From IMG/VR virus record IMGVR_UViG_3300025646_000023: 64,000 nt of DNA; one strand, written 5' to 3'. The translations under genes and the position numbers were made by a program. Below the pieces are notes generated by a model. That model saw nothing but the letters and a program-made list of their open reading frames with translations, ran no database searches and was not told where the DNA came from. Of this stretch, positions 44,517 to 53,876 are shown piece by piece (positions within the stretch are counted from its first letter, which is position 1; each line of letters opens with the position of its first letter). This DNA comes from an uncultured virus (IMG/VR IMGVR_UViG_3300025646_000023). Its lineage: Duplodnaviria; Heunggongvirae; Uroviricota; Caudoviricetes.

Positions 44517-44594
44517 TAGAAAACTCTAACAGCGCAGAGGATATACTCCTCTATTAATAGCTTAACACGGTCAAGTTTTCAGTTGCTGCAACTA

Positions 44595-45035
44595 TTATTC
44601 AACACGAACAAGATTCTCTTTAAAGATCTCATCCCAATCAACACGTTTGATTTGTTTCAATTGATCTAAACGTACAAACTTTTCACCAGCCATGGAAGTT
44701 TGTAAATCCTTAATATCACGTGCAGTCTTCAGCCCAACGCCAGGTAGATGATCTGCAATCTGCCGAGCGGTTGCTGTGTTGATATTAATCCGGGTATCAA
44801 TCGGAAATGTTTCTTTATTGGTTGGAGTTGGAGGATTAACGCCTTCATCCTGCAGCTTCCTGGTCAGGCGTTCTTTGGTTATATCCTTCTCGTTTGTTGC
44901 GTTAATATGCGGAATTAAATCTTCCCGCTCAATATAAAGAACTTCGTCTTGTGAATCAATGCACATCATGATTCCATCACCGTGGTGAGAAATCATTTCA
45001 ACGAGTTGGCCAGTTGGTTTGTATTGGTAGAGCAT
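44595..45035 (-). CDS. helix-hairpin-helix DNA-binding protein (ComEA-like)
   Basis: ININTAT..QIA..LPGVGLKTA..I. Confidence 0.8.
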   Translation of the reverse strand: MLYQYKPTGQLVEMISHHGDGIMMCIDSQDEVLYIEREDLIPHINATNEKDITKERLTRKLQDEGVNPPTPTNKETFPIDTRININTATARQIADHLPGVGLKTARDIKDLQTSMAGEKFVRLDQLKQIKRVDWDEIFKENLVRVE

Positions 45036-45089
45036 TTAAAAAAAGGCAACTACCAATACAATACCAACCTTAACTCAGCTAATCAATGA

Positions 45090-45908
45090 TCAGCTATCAG
45101 TACCGCCAATCTGAGAAGCAAAATCAATGAACTCATTGATGTCTTCCCAAACAACAGACTTAGCGGGACGCAGGTAGTTCACGCGGCACAGGATGTAGCC
45201 AGCGCGACCGGCATCTTTGTCAGTCTGGCTGATGAACACACCGTCGCCATCCACAGTAGTGGAGGTAACGCCGTTCACGTTAAACACCTTGAAGGTAGTA
45301 TCTGCAGTGACCTTGTAGAACATCGAGTTGGCAGCATCAGCAGCCACGATGCCAGCAGTAGTCACACTGGTCCAGAAGGGCAGATCACCAACGGTGGTGT
45401 CGCTCAGACCCTGAGCAAACAGGGAGCTGGTAGCCGAAACAATCGAGCTAGCAGCAGCCAGACCGTTTGCTTGAGTTGCAGGAACACCAAAAGGAGCACC
45501 AGCATTGTTAGGACCCAGCAGCAGACCTTCGCCAGTGGTACCGCCAATAGCAGCAGTCACAGGGGAGGCAGGGAAGCTGGGCTCACCACCGGCAGGAATA
45601 TCTTGGCCAATCGCAATCGAAGCGCCATAGATATAAGCAGGACGGTCAGCGCTAGCCTGCACAACAAGGGAAGTGCGGTTGTCGCGGACCCGATCATCAG
45701 GACGACGATCAGGAGAAGGAACAGTGATATCAAAGCTCTTGTAGTTAGCTTTGTCTGCGGCAAGGTTATCAATCTTGACGTAGCCAATCAGCTCAAAAGC
45801 TTCGACGCCAGGCCAGCCAAAAACACCTTCGGTGTTATAGGAGGAAAGGCGGTTGATTTGGTTACCGGGATACAGAATAGAGCCCGCTTCTTCTTTGTAA
45901 AAAGCCAT
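45090..45908 (-). CDS. capsid-associated structural protein (decoration or tail tube)
   Basis: Directly after the MCP; strong RBS (GGAGG); codon bias like the MCP. Confidence 0.6.
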   Translation of the reverse strand: MAFYKEEAGSILYPGNQINRLSSYNTEGVFGWPGVEAFELIGYVKIDNLAADKANYKSFDITVPSPDRRPDDRVRDNRTSLVVQASADRPAYIYGASIAIGQDIPAGGEPSFPASPVTAAIGGTTGEGLLLGPNNAGAPFGVPATQANGLAAASSIVSATSSLFAQGLSDTTVGDLPFWTSVTTAGIVAADAANSMFYKVTADTTFKVFNVNGVTSTTVDGDGVFISQTDKDAGRAGYILCRVNYLRPAKSVVWEDINEFIDFASQIGGTDS

Positions 45909-45926
45909 TGTTAATTACCTCCTTCC

Positions 45927-47069
45927 TCAAACGATGGTGAAAGCAGTGGTAACAAAGTCCTTGTTCAGGTTGGCAAAGCCAGCGTACAGCTGCCAAATCA
46001 GAATGATAAAGCGGCTGAAGTCATCATTGTTATTGATGAGGACCTGAGCATTAGGACCGCCAATGCCAACACCCACTGCCTGAGGACCGAAGAACAGAGC
46101 AGGAGGAGTGTCGTGGGAAACAGCGCCAGCACCGTCGCCAATGTCAACGGTAATGGTCTTAGACGGGAAGTTGGTGGACTCGAAGAACCGCACACCTTCA
46201 AACACAAAGCCAGAAGGCATGGTCGGCTCACCGCCAACAAACTGGGCTTGACCGTACTGACCACCGCCATAGATGGCAGCGTTGGGGTTCATGCCGCTCA
46301 TCAGTGGGTTGCCAGGGGCAAAACCAGGATAACGAGCAACCTCACGGAAGCCTTGATCAGCACGCAGATCCTTCATGAAGGAGGGATCAGCGATACAACG
46401 GTAGTAGCCGTCAGCAAAGACAGGAACGTTACGCTTACGCAGGCTCTTCACCACGTTAAGAAGGTCGTTCTTAACATTGAACTGATAACGCTCAGAAGCG
46501 TACTCAGTAGCGGTGTAAGCAGTCAGCGTGGTGGCGCCGGTCTTAGCTTTGTTGTTGGGGTAGTAGTAGCCACCCTGGGAATCAGAAGACTGACCACGGG
46601 ACTCGGACTTGAACATCTCGTCCAAGAACACACGGTCGCGCCAACGACGATAGTCGTCAAGCAGAGTCAGCGAACCGATGGACTGGTGGAACATGTTAAG
46701 GTTCCCGGTGTCCAGCAGCAGACGCTGAGCAGTCATCAGGGTTTCACGAGCAATCTTGAAGGTGCTCGGGAGGTTTGCATTATTCGGGTCAGCAGGACCG
46801 GTGTACTCACGCAGAGACACCAGCACTTTGTCCTTGACGATGGACCGGCTGTTTGCAGTACCGATGGTTTGATCCTGGGTACGCTCACGGTTGGTTTTGG
46901 TGCCAGGGTTACCCCAGAAGCGGTAACGATCTAACTGGACAGTCTGACCGGGTTGTTTAGTAAAGTCGTGGACAACAACTGGCTCGCAGGCCATCTCCAC
47001 GATATAAGCCGGATGGGGACGGTAAAGTTCCGCGCCCAACAGCTTAGGAAAATCGTTATCAATAAACAT
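45927..47069 (-). CDS. major capsid protein
   Basis: 380 aa; PGQTVQL, EYTG, G.FEGVRFFES, FFGPQAVG, DDFSR..IW HK97-like motifs; gene order TerL-portal-scaffold-MCP. Confidence 0.85.
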   Translation of the reverse strand: MFIDNDFPKLLGAELYRPHPAYIVEMACEPVVVHDFTKQPGQTVQLDRYRFWGNPGTKTNRERTQDQTIGTANSRSIVKDKVLVSLREYTGPADPNNANLPSTFKIARETLMTAQRLLLDTGNLNMFHQSIGSLTLLDDYRRWRDRVFLDEMFKSESRGQSSDSQGGYYYPNNKAKTGATTLTAYTATEYASERYQFNVKNDLLNVVKSLRKRNVPVFADGYYRCIADPSFMKDLRADQGFREVARYPGFAPGNPLMSGMNPNAAIYGGGQYGQAQFVGGEPTMPSGFVFEGVRFFESTNFPSKTITVDIGDGAGAVSHDTPPALFFGPQAVGVGIGGPNAQVLINNNDDFSRFIILIWQLYAGFANLNKDFVTTAFTIV

Positions 47070-47074
47070 GTTGG

Positions 47075-47182
47075 TTCTTCAGCGTAGGTTTAGCTGATAC
47101 CGGAGATCGAGAAGATCCCTACATAATGACAGATGCCATTAAAAGATCTGGGAACTTCCGTCCCATTGATAAAATTATAGCA
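47075..47182 (-). promoter_or_regulatory. MCP promoter (GCTATAAT) and structured 5' leader
   Basis: TATAAT followed by four hairpins before the ATG. Confidence 0.55.
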
Positions 47183-47211
47183 AAACTTATCTATTAAGGT
47201 TATTAATTTTA

Positions 47212-47880
47212 CTAGATGGTATCGACAAACGATCTCAGAAAGCGTCCTGCAGCAAGTCCGCCGAGTGCAGTAACAGCTGGAGCTGCAACGTAGGATGCAA
47301 CTTGATATAACCCAGGTGCAGAAGAAACTGGATAGCCTGCTTGATTCAAAAGTTTAGTTCCACGGCGACTTGCTTCTGCTTCTGCTGCAATACGCCCACT
47401 ATTGTTTAAGTAGTTAATGCCAAGAGCAAGAGAAGTTGCACGACGAGCAGAAGGAACCAAGGCCCCAACACCGACCGTAGCAAGCCCAACAACATTTGGA
47501 TTTAAACCTGAATACGCTTTTTCTTGTGCAAAACGGAAGATATCATTTCCTTTGCCAATAGATTGATGACCAAGTTCATGGCCAAGCGTAAACTTACTGG
47601 CAGAAGGATAGTTTAAAGAAATGTTATCTCCCTGTGAATAACTTACGCCAGAAGGTAACATGTTTGCTGTTACATTCGGTGCAGGTTGTCCAGTTGTTTT
47701 TGTATATTGATTTAAAATATTTTCACCGGCAGGATATGTAAAAGCACTTCCGGTTTCTTGATAACCTTTTTTACGATACTTATCAGCAGCAGAACGGCCT
47801 AAAGCATAAGCTCCAACGGCACCTGCTGTTGCCGCTGCTCCTTGTAAGAAGTTATTAACTGCAGGATTCACAGTTCTCAA
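47212..47880 (-). CDS. zinc metallopeptidase-like membrane protein
   Basis: HELGH and downstream EAEAS; hydrophobic helices. Confidence 0.7.
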   Translation of the reverse strand: MRTVNPAVNNFLQGAAATAGAVGAYALGRSAADKYRKKGYQETGSAFTYPAGENILNQYTKTTGQPAPNVTANMLPSGVSYSQGDNISLNYPSASKFTLGHELGHQSIGKGNDIFRFAQEKAYSGLNPNVVGLATVGVGALVPSARRATSLALGINYLNNSGRIAAEAEASRRGTKLLNQAGYPVSSAPGLYQVASYVAAPAVTALGGLAAGRFLRSFVDTI

Positions 47881-48044
47881 AAAGGAATACCTGGACGATT
47901 AACACCGCTATACGGAATACTCGGAACTGGTCCCATCCGTTCAAAAGGGTTTACCTCTTGCGGTTGCATTGTAATTACTTCACTAGTAATCTCTGGCCTA
48001 ATGAAATTAGCAAGAAATTGTTTTGACTTAGTTTTTTGATCCAT
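47877..48044 (-). CDS. small hypothetical protein (MDQKTKSKQFLANFIRP...)
   Basis: Translated by hand; 55 aa; stop overlaps the next start. Confidence 0.55.
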   Translation of the reverse strand: MDQKTKSKQFLANFIRPEITSEVITMQPQEVNPFERMGPVPSIPYSGVNRPGIPF

Positions 48045-48056
48045 TGTTTGTCAACT

Positions 48057-48677
48057 TCACATCATTTGTTGGTTGTTAACGGGATTACCTCCCATTGCAG
48101 TTAAAATTGCATTTGGCGCATAACGTTGAGCAACTTGTGCTTGTTTCATATTGCCGACGTTGCCAATATTCATTTGGCCGAGAGGTGAACCAAAACCATT
48201 TAAACTGATATAACCTGTCTGCAAATCATTTGGCATTGGTGTAGAACCAATAGTACCCACATCTTGACGACGTGCCATTGGATCTTGGGCGTAATAATTA
48301 GCAAGGGCATTCATGCCAGCAGTTGCTCCCATGCCTCCAACAAAAGCACCACCTAAACCAGCAGCAGCTCCTGCATAACCAAGAATACGCGAACCAGTTA
48401 AATTACTATAACTAGGTAAGGTATTTGCTTTAAATGCTGCAGTTTTAGCAGCACCAGATTGAATTGCTCTGCCTGCAGCTTTCATCCCCATGTTTTCTAA
48501 TCCGGTAGCAAGGGGAGTTGCGGCTGCAGTAATACCACGAGAAACTGACCCGCCTAATTGACTAGCGCCACCTTGGATACCTTGTGGGACAACTCCAGCT
48601 GCTGCATCAATAAAGGTTTTAACTTTAGCACCAACGTTGGACATATTAAGTACAAATAAAAAAGGGGCAGTACTCAC
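48057..48677 (-). CDS. Ala/Gly-rich hypothetical protein, probably virion-internal
   Basis: ORF track; true start probably MSNVG. Confidence 0.6.
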   Translation of the reverse strand: MSTAPFLFVLNMSNVGAKVKTFIDAAAGVVPQGIQGGASQLGGSVSRGITAAATPLATGLENMGMKAAGRAIQSGAAKTAAFKANTLPSYSNLTGSRILGYAGAAAGLGGAFVGGMGATAGMNALANYYAQDPMARRQDVGTIGSTPMPNDLQTGYISLNGFGSPLGQMNIGNVGNMKQAQVAQRYAPNAILTAMGGNPVNNQQMM

Positions 48678-48686
48678 TACCCCTTA
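48655..48686 (-). terminator. rho-independent terminator after the scaffold gene
   Basis: - strand AAGGGGTAG-TGAGTA-CTGCCCCTT followed by TTTT. Confidence 0.7.
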
Positions 48687-48711
48687 TTCTACATTTAATT
48701 GTTTTTAATAA

Positions 48712-49869
48712 TCAATCCATCACCAATAGCTTCTCACGGAAGACGTTCGGATTGCGCTGTGCTGCGGAAAGATAACGCCAGGCATTAGCTGGGTCACGTT
48801 CTGCAACGCTACCAAAGTTATTCCAGAAGCTCTGGCCATCAACGGTATTCTCTGGATGGGGAGGAACCGGGAGAGAAGGACGCTCTAAATAGTTGCTGTT
48901 GTCGTAAGCAGCTTCATAGGTGGTGTCATAACCACCGTCGTAGTAGTTGCTGTCATAGTTACCATCATAGTAATTAGGATCGTAACCAGAGTTGTAGCTA
49001 TTTTCATAACCGTAGTCATAACTATAGTCATAATCACTGTTATAAAAATCTGGATTATTAGAGTTGTAATAATCGTCGTAGTAATAAGTACCGTCTAGAT
49101 CGTAATAGCCAGTTGGATCATAGTAATAGCCCTCATTGTCATAGAAACCACCGTCATCAGTTTCTTGCTGAACTGGATAAGGACCATTAGGACCAAAGAA
49201 CTCACAGGTATAGTCAGCCAGAATATCTGGATCTGTGAGGATTGCTTCATAAGCACGGTGCTCTTGAGCAAGCTCTTGAAGCAAACCAACAGATTCCTCC
49301 AGCTGAGAATAACGAGTCAGCAGTGCATCTTCTAAATTGCAAGAATATTCGTTAAGAACAGCAGGTGCATCAGCACCGAAGTAATCAATAACTTCAAGAC
49401 TTGCTGGACTTACTCCGTTTGCCAGTAGTTGTTGTGTTGTTATTTCCTGTGATGTTGGGGAATAACTGGGCGAGTAACCCGGGCTGGACGGATAAATCGG
49501 GGCTGCCGAATTGCTGCTGTACCCCGCGCTCTGTTGGGAACTGAAGCTGGCCGGGTCGATTCCTGACATCCCGGCGGACTGTTGACCCTGGAACGGGAAG
49601 GGGACTGGTGAACTCAGGAGTGACACCACCCTGTTGAACGCCTCCTTGTACGGGTTCTCCGCTGAAGGTTGGGCTTGCGGGTACGACTGGATAGGGGCGT
49701 AATTGGCTTGTGCTATCGGCGTCTGTGCCGCTGGTGCTGCCGGAGCTGTCGGTGACACCCATTGATTGGTCGTTGCCACCGCTGTTGTCGGAGCTGCCGC
49801 GTAGCTGGTCGGCGGGGTCGAATACTGTTGGGGTACCGATTGGATCGGCGCTGCGGTATCGGCCTGCAT
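48712..49869 (-). CDS. putative capsid scaffold protein with Tyr/Asp-rich insert
   Basis: Between portal and MCP; Pro/Ser/Ala-rich N-terminus, coiled core, helical C-terminus. Confidence 0.6.
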   Translation of the reverse strand: MQADTAAPIQSVPQQYSTPPTSYAAAPTTAVATTNQWVSPTAPAAPAAQTPIAQANYAPIQSYPQAQPSAENPYKEAFNRVVSLLSSPVPFPFQGQQSAGMSGIDPASFSSQQSAGYSSNSAAPIYPSSPGYSPSYSPTSQEITTQQLLANGVSPASLEVIDYFGADAPAVLNEYSCNLEDALLTRYSQLEESVGLLQELAQEHRAYEAILTDPDILADYTCEFFGPNGPYPVQQETDDGGFYDNEGYYYDPTGYYDLDGTYYYDDYYNSNNPDFYNSDYDYSYDYGYENSYNSGYDPNYYDGNYDSNYYDGGYDTTYEAAYDNSNYLERPSLPVPPHPENTVDGQSFWNNFGSVAERDPANAWRYLSAAQRNPNVFREKLLVMD

Positions 49870-51598
49870 AAGTTACCTCTTTCTGTAAACTTTCGAGTGT
49901 TCTGTAAAGGAATGGCGTCAAATCAAGACGCGGATCAGCTGCCAACGGAAGATCTGGGCGCTGAGGATGCGGTGTCCGCATTTCTTGATTAATGAGATCA
50001 AGGAATGCAGAGTACGCTCTTTGTACTTGACCAACCATCCGGAACGGATAACCAGATAACATTTCTGCCACCTCATCATCAGTTTTAGATGGGAACAAGT
50101 ACTTGAGTGCCTCAATACTATCAACACCCAATTCTTGTAAGTTACGAGTGAAGATAGATTGATTAACTTTATCTTGTGGAGTGTCTTCATAGACAGGACC
50201 CATCCAGCGCCACAAGACGGTTCGATCTCCATCAGGAGCTAAACCAATGACACCAGGGGGGATCTCTTTGGATTCAAATGCTGCTGTTAAAGCTTTATCT
50301 AATCCTTTTTCATACTTTTGTTTTGCTTTCTCATGAGCAGTTAACTGTTCTTCTGTTGGGTTTTCAGGAAGAACTGGATACTTCAAACCAGAAGCAACTG
50401 CCAATGATTTACGGAAGAGTTGTTCTTCCTGGTAAATCATTAATTCAAAACAACGGCAAATGCCATAGGTATATAACTGTAGGCATTTCTTTTTAGCTGT
50501 GGCACTAACACGGCCATATGCAGATTTAATTTCAGTTGCAGTTACATTAGTAATAGAGAGGTCATCAATACCACCAAGGGCAAGACGGATCTCAGAACGT
50601 AACTGCTCCACATAACGAGCTTGGTCTACGCTAATTGCATTTGGTGTAATAAAACCAACACGATCTGTTGGTTCTAGGTTTGCAATAACTCGTGGTACGC
50701 GCAACCCTCCCCCAGGTAAACCGATGTAACCAGAAGGCTGACGATCTACTGGATCTTGTTTGTAAGTAGAAGAAGACAGTGAGAACTCAGATTGGAAACC
50801 AGACTGGCTTGAAATACTAGGACGTTGAACTACACCGTCACGAGATGTTTCTACAATGTCACTCTTGGGACGAGAGGACAGCAGTGTTGGGTTACCAAAG
50901 AAGGAAAGGTTTGCTCGGATGTTTTTAACCATCTCATCGTGAGCAATGATTTGATTGGATAACCACTCAAATTCACCACTACCTTCTGTACCAAATGCAT
51001 CAGGGTTATTTAAAACCTCAACGCAAGGAATAAAACCTAAAGTATTTTCAACAACCTTATCATTAAAAGTAAGGCCGCTGTCCATAGAATCAAACGTTAA
51101 TTCCGTTTCACTATGGAGTTCTTCAATTTCAGTTGGTGTAATCCGTAAACGCATGTAGCGTTTATCTGTCATTAAGCCAACGCCAGCAAATCCACGATTG
51201 GATTTAACTTTGTAAGCATAGATAATAATGACTTCTTCTAAATCACCATCTGGTGAATAATAAGTTCGATAAGCATCTTTATCAAACCAATACAAACGAT
51301 ATGTTTTCTTAGTGGGCCGCATATAAAATAGGCCCTTGCCATAGGCTAAGAAACGATCCCAAATTGAATCCAGGCGTGCATCAAGTTTATTGAACTTGAT
51401 AACTTGCTGAATAAAATCAAAACGCTGGGTACCAAAGTTATCTTGGTTTGGATAAAACTCAACACCCTGCCGGATCCCAAACATTTTCATTTGGGATAAG
51501 TGGGCATTCATGAGCATGGTGTCTGCTGACCCCGTGGCTTCACGGTTGACAACAGCCTTGAGCATTCCCTCTAACATGGATTGGCTCGATGTGCTCAT
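49394..51598 (-). CDS. portal protein
   Basis: Follows TerL; NTLGFIPCVEV.N, SGEFE, AT..K.AY motifs; 734 aa. Confidence 0.75.
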   Translation of the reverse strand: MSTSSQSMLEGMLKAVVNREATGSADTMLMNAHLSQMKMFGIRQGVEFYPNQDNFGTQRFDFIQQVIKFNKLDARLDSIWDRFLAYGKGLFYMRPTKKTYRLYWFDKDAYRTYYSPDGDLEEVIIIYAYKVKSNRGFAGVGLMTDKRYMRLRITPTEIEELHSETELTFDSMDSGLTFNDKVVENTLGFIPCVEVLNNPDAFGTEGSGEFEWLSNQIIAHDEMVKNIRANLSFFGNPTLLSSRPKSDIVETSRDGVVQRPSISSQSGFQSEFSLSSSTYKQDPVDRQPSGYIGLPGGGLRVPRVIANLEPTDRVGFITPNAISVDQARYVEQLRSEIRLALGGIDDLSITNVTATEIKSAYGRVSATAKKKCLQLYTYGICRCFELMIYQEEQLFRKSLAVASGLKYPVLPENPTEEQLTAHEKAKQKYEKGLDKALTAAFESKEIPPGVIGLAPDGDRTVLWRWMGPVYEDTPQDKVNQSIFTRNLQELGVDSIEALKYLFPSKTDDEVAEMLSGYPFRMVGQVQRAYSAFLDLINQEMRTPHPQRPDLPLAADPRLDLTPFLYRTLESLQKEVTYAGRYRSADPIGTPTVFDPADQLRGSSDNSGGNDQSMGVTDSSGSTSGTDADSTSQLRPYPVVPASPTFSGEPVQGGVQQGGVTPEFTSPLPVPGSTVRRDVRNRPGQLQFPTERGVQQQFGSPDLSVQPGLLAQLFPNITGNNNTTTTGKRSKSSKS

Positions 51599-51617
51599 AA
51601 TAAAGATCCGTGGTTAA

Positions 51618-51803
51618 TCAGTTGTCTTCAATCTCGTAGCCACCTTGGAGACGCTTTAAAGTAATTACGTCATCCTCTACTTCGATATCAAACTCAGTAC
51701 CTGGTTGGAGAGCCATATCGTGACACAGCTCATCAGGTAAAGGAATGATAGCTGAACCGTAAGCATCTTGCTCCAGCTCAACAGTGAAATAACTTGTGCT
51801 CAT
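51618..51803 (-). CDS. AbrB/MazE/SpoVT-like protein
   Basis: IIPLPDELCHDMALQPGTEFDIEVEDDVITLKR. Confidence 0.75.
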   Translation of the reverse strand: MSTSYFTVELEQDAYGSAIIPLPDELCHDMALQPGTEFDIEVEDDVITLKRLQGGYEIEDN

Positions 51804-51843
51804 GTGGACTTAGTATCAGTTTAATTCCGACAATACTCTAACT

Positions 51844-53367
51844 TTAATATTCCAACTCCAGCCTACCCCTGGACATCAATCCGTTGCACAACCAAACAAG
51901 AGCATCAACACAGTCATCATGAGAGCTGACGCCAAAGTTGATGATCTCATCTTGCATTGCTTGGAACTTCCTGAACTTGTTAAAGAAAATTTTGTGTTGT
52001 TCAAACAAGCCCATAATGCCACGGAAACGTGCAAGCTTGTCACCACGGAATCCTTTCACCGGATGCCAGAGCAAGTTGTAAAGACCGTGCTCAACCTGAC
52101 AGATGCGTTTAAAGTCTGCCTCCAGAGAAGCTTGATACGCTACTGCTTCTGACCAAATATCTACAGTTGAACCAGTAGGAAAATATTTGTCACCATCTTT
52201 ATAAACAATTCCCCATTCAAACATCATTTCCATGATTGCTTCTAGCTTTTCCAGATTACCCATAATCCGGATACGCTTGCAATCAATGATATAAATCTTG
52301 TCGCCTACTCTCCCGCCAAGTACAAAAACGCTGTAATCGTTACGCTCACGTACACCAGCAGAAAGATCGACTCCAACACCTAACGTATCAAACTCTGTAG
52401 GAATTTTACTCTTAATAATCAGATCAGGTGAAATTGAAAGTTCACTGGTTTGAACAATCTGATTTTGATATTGAAAACTAAAGCTAATAGGTGCTTGTCG
52501 TTTTCTTTCATTTAGATATTCTAGCGACCACATCTCTGGCCAGTAGGAATGTTCATCTCCTTGTTCATCAAGAGTAATTGCAGATTGAACAATCTGTACC
52601 CAATCATTTGTTGGCGTAAAAGTTGTGTTATGAATATCGTCATGACGGAACCTAGTCCCTAGGCAAACAGCACGACCACCTTCAAACATGGTAGGAACAA
52701 TAACTGAGTTCCAGTTATCTTCCATGGCAGCGCGAATATCTCTGTTCTTAATATCGTCAGCAGATTTGATAGCGTCATCAATAATACAAAGATGCGAACG
52801 TTTCGAAGTCACAGCACCTTTCAAACCTGCACAACATACAGTGAATTCTTCTTCACCAGTAGACTTAATTCCTGCAAACTTCCAATCAATACTCCAGTAT
52901 TCATTAGAGTTAATTCCCTTGGCAATCTTTACCATTGGAAAGATTTCTTTATAAACTTTACTCTCTTCAATGATTCTTTTAATGGCTGCACTTTTAGGAC
53001 GTGCAACATCAACTGTATAAGAAATATAAAGAATCTTGAGTGGTTTTTTATTTAAAGCATGGATACCAATAGCCCACGCAGTAAACAAACCAAGAACTGT
53101 AGATTTTGCTGAGCCCCGTGGTGCAAGGATGTCAATGTTGGGGCCAGCAATTCCGAGTAAACATTCGCTGTCCTCACCAGTGCAGAGATAACGGTGCCAC
53201 TCCTTGTGGTGACTAGCTGGTGGTTTGTCACCAACTACATCACAGAAATAAGCAAAGTCTGTACGTGCTTTGTCAATATCAATATCAGTTGTTTTCTTAA
53301 CAACCTGTTGCTTAGCACCAGCACGTGCTGTGCGTCTATAAACTGCGTAGAGAGATGTGTTAGCCAT
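51844..53367 (-). CDS. terL: terminase large subunit
   Basis: Walker A APRGSAKST, Walker B CIIDD, GTRF..DD, GVDLS and HDDCVDAL nuclease motifs. Confidence 0.93.
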   Translation of the reverse strand: MANTSLYAVYRRTARAGAKQQVVKKTTDIDIDKARTDFAYFCDVVGDKPPASHHKEWHRYLCTGEDSECLLGIAGPNIDILAPRGSAKSTVLGLFTAWAIGIHALNKKPLKILYISYTVDVARPKSAAIKRIIEESKVYKEIFPMVKIAKGINSNEYWSIDWKFAGIKSTGEEEFTVCCAGLKGAVTSKRSHLCIIDDAIKSADDIKNRDIRAAMEDNWNSVIVPTMFEGGRAVCLGTRFRHDDIHNTTFTPTNDWVQIVQSAITLDEQGDEHSYWPEMWSLEYLNERKRQAPISFSFQYQNQIVQTSELSISPDLIIKSKIPTEFDTLGVGVDLSAGVRERNDYSVFVLGGRVGDKIYIIDCKRIRIMGNLEKLEAIMEMMFEWGIVYKDGDKYFPTGSTVDIWSEAVAYQASLEADFKRICQVEHGLYNLLWHPVKGFRGDKLARFRGIMGLFEQHKIFFNKFRKFQAMQDEIINFGVSSHDDCVDALVWLCNGLMSRGRLELEY

Positions 53368-53390
53368 CTCCCTACCCTAACTCCCTAAAC

Positions 53391-53876
53391 TCAGGATTCT
53401 TCTGACAAAATTTTGGTCCAGACTGCCATTACAGCATCCTGCAGTGGGCCTTCAATTGGATCATCCTTGAAGATCAAAACAATCTCTCTAAGTGCACGGT
53501 CTGCGCCAGCAAGAATTAAACCTTGCTTGTCGCCAACGTACCGTTCATCTTGGATTTGTTTAATGGCGCCACGCAGTTCTTTTTGAAGCATGGCAATACG
53601 TGCTGTGCCATTATCCTGCTTAACCATACCAAGATCAATGGCTTGACGCAGCTTCTCCACGTCTTCTCGCATACTGTCAATTTCCATCTCCAGGATTAAC
53701 TGGAGATTGCGTTTCTTGAACGTTGCCTGTTGCCACTCATCACATTCAACAATAGTACCTGCATACCCGAGGAACCGGGCATACAGGTACATTTGAATTG
53801 GAGAGGAATGTTTTTTACAGAATGTAAGAAAGGCTTCTTTCTCGTTGGGGCTTAGAGTCTCTAGCCAAGAAATCAT
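53391..53876 (-). CDS. putative terminase small subunit
   Basis: Helical 161-aa protein immediately upstream of TerL. Confidence 0.45.
   Translation of the reverse strand: MISWLETLSPNEKEAFLTFCKKHSSPIQMYLYARFLGYAGTIVECDEWQQATFKKRNLQLILEMEIDSMREDVEKLRQAIDLGMVKQDNGTARIAMLQKELRGAIKQIQDERYVGDKQGLILAGADRALREIVLIFKDDPIEGPLQDAVMAVWTKILSEES

Noticed and set aside
45471..46934. Antisense ORFs 45471-45914 and 46113-46934
   Set aside because: Mirror frames of strongly codon-biased capsid genes
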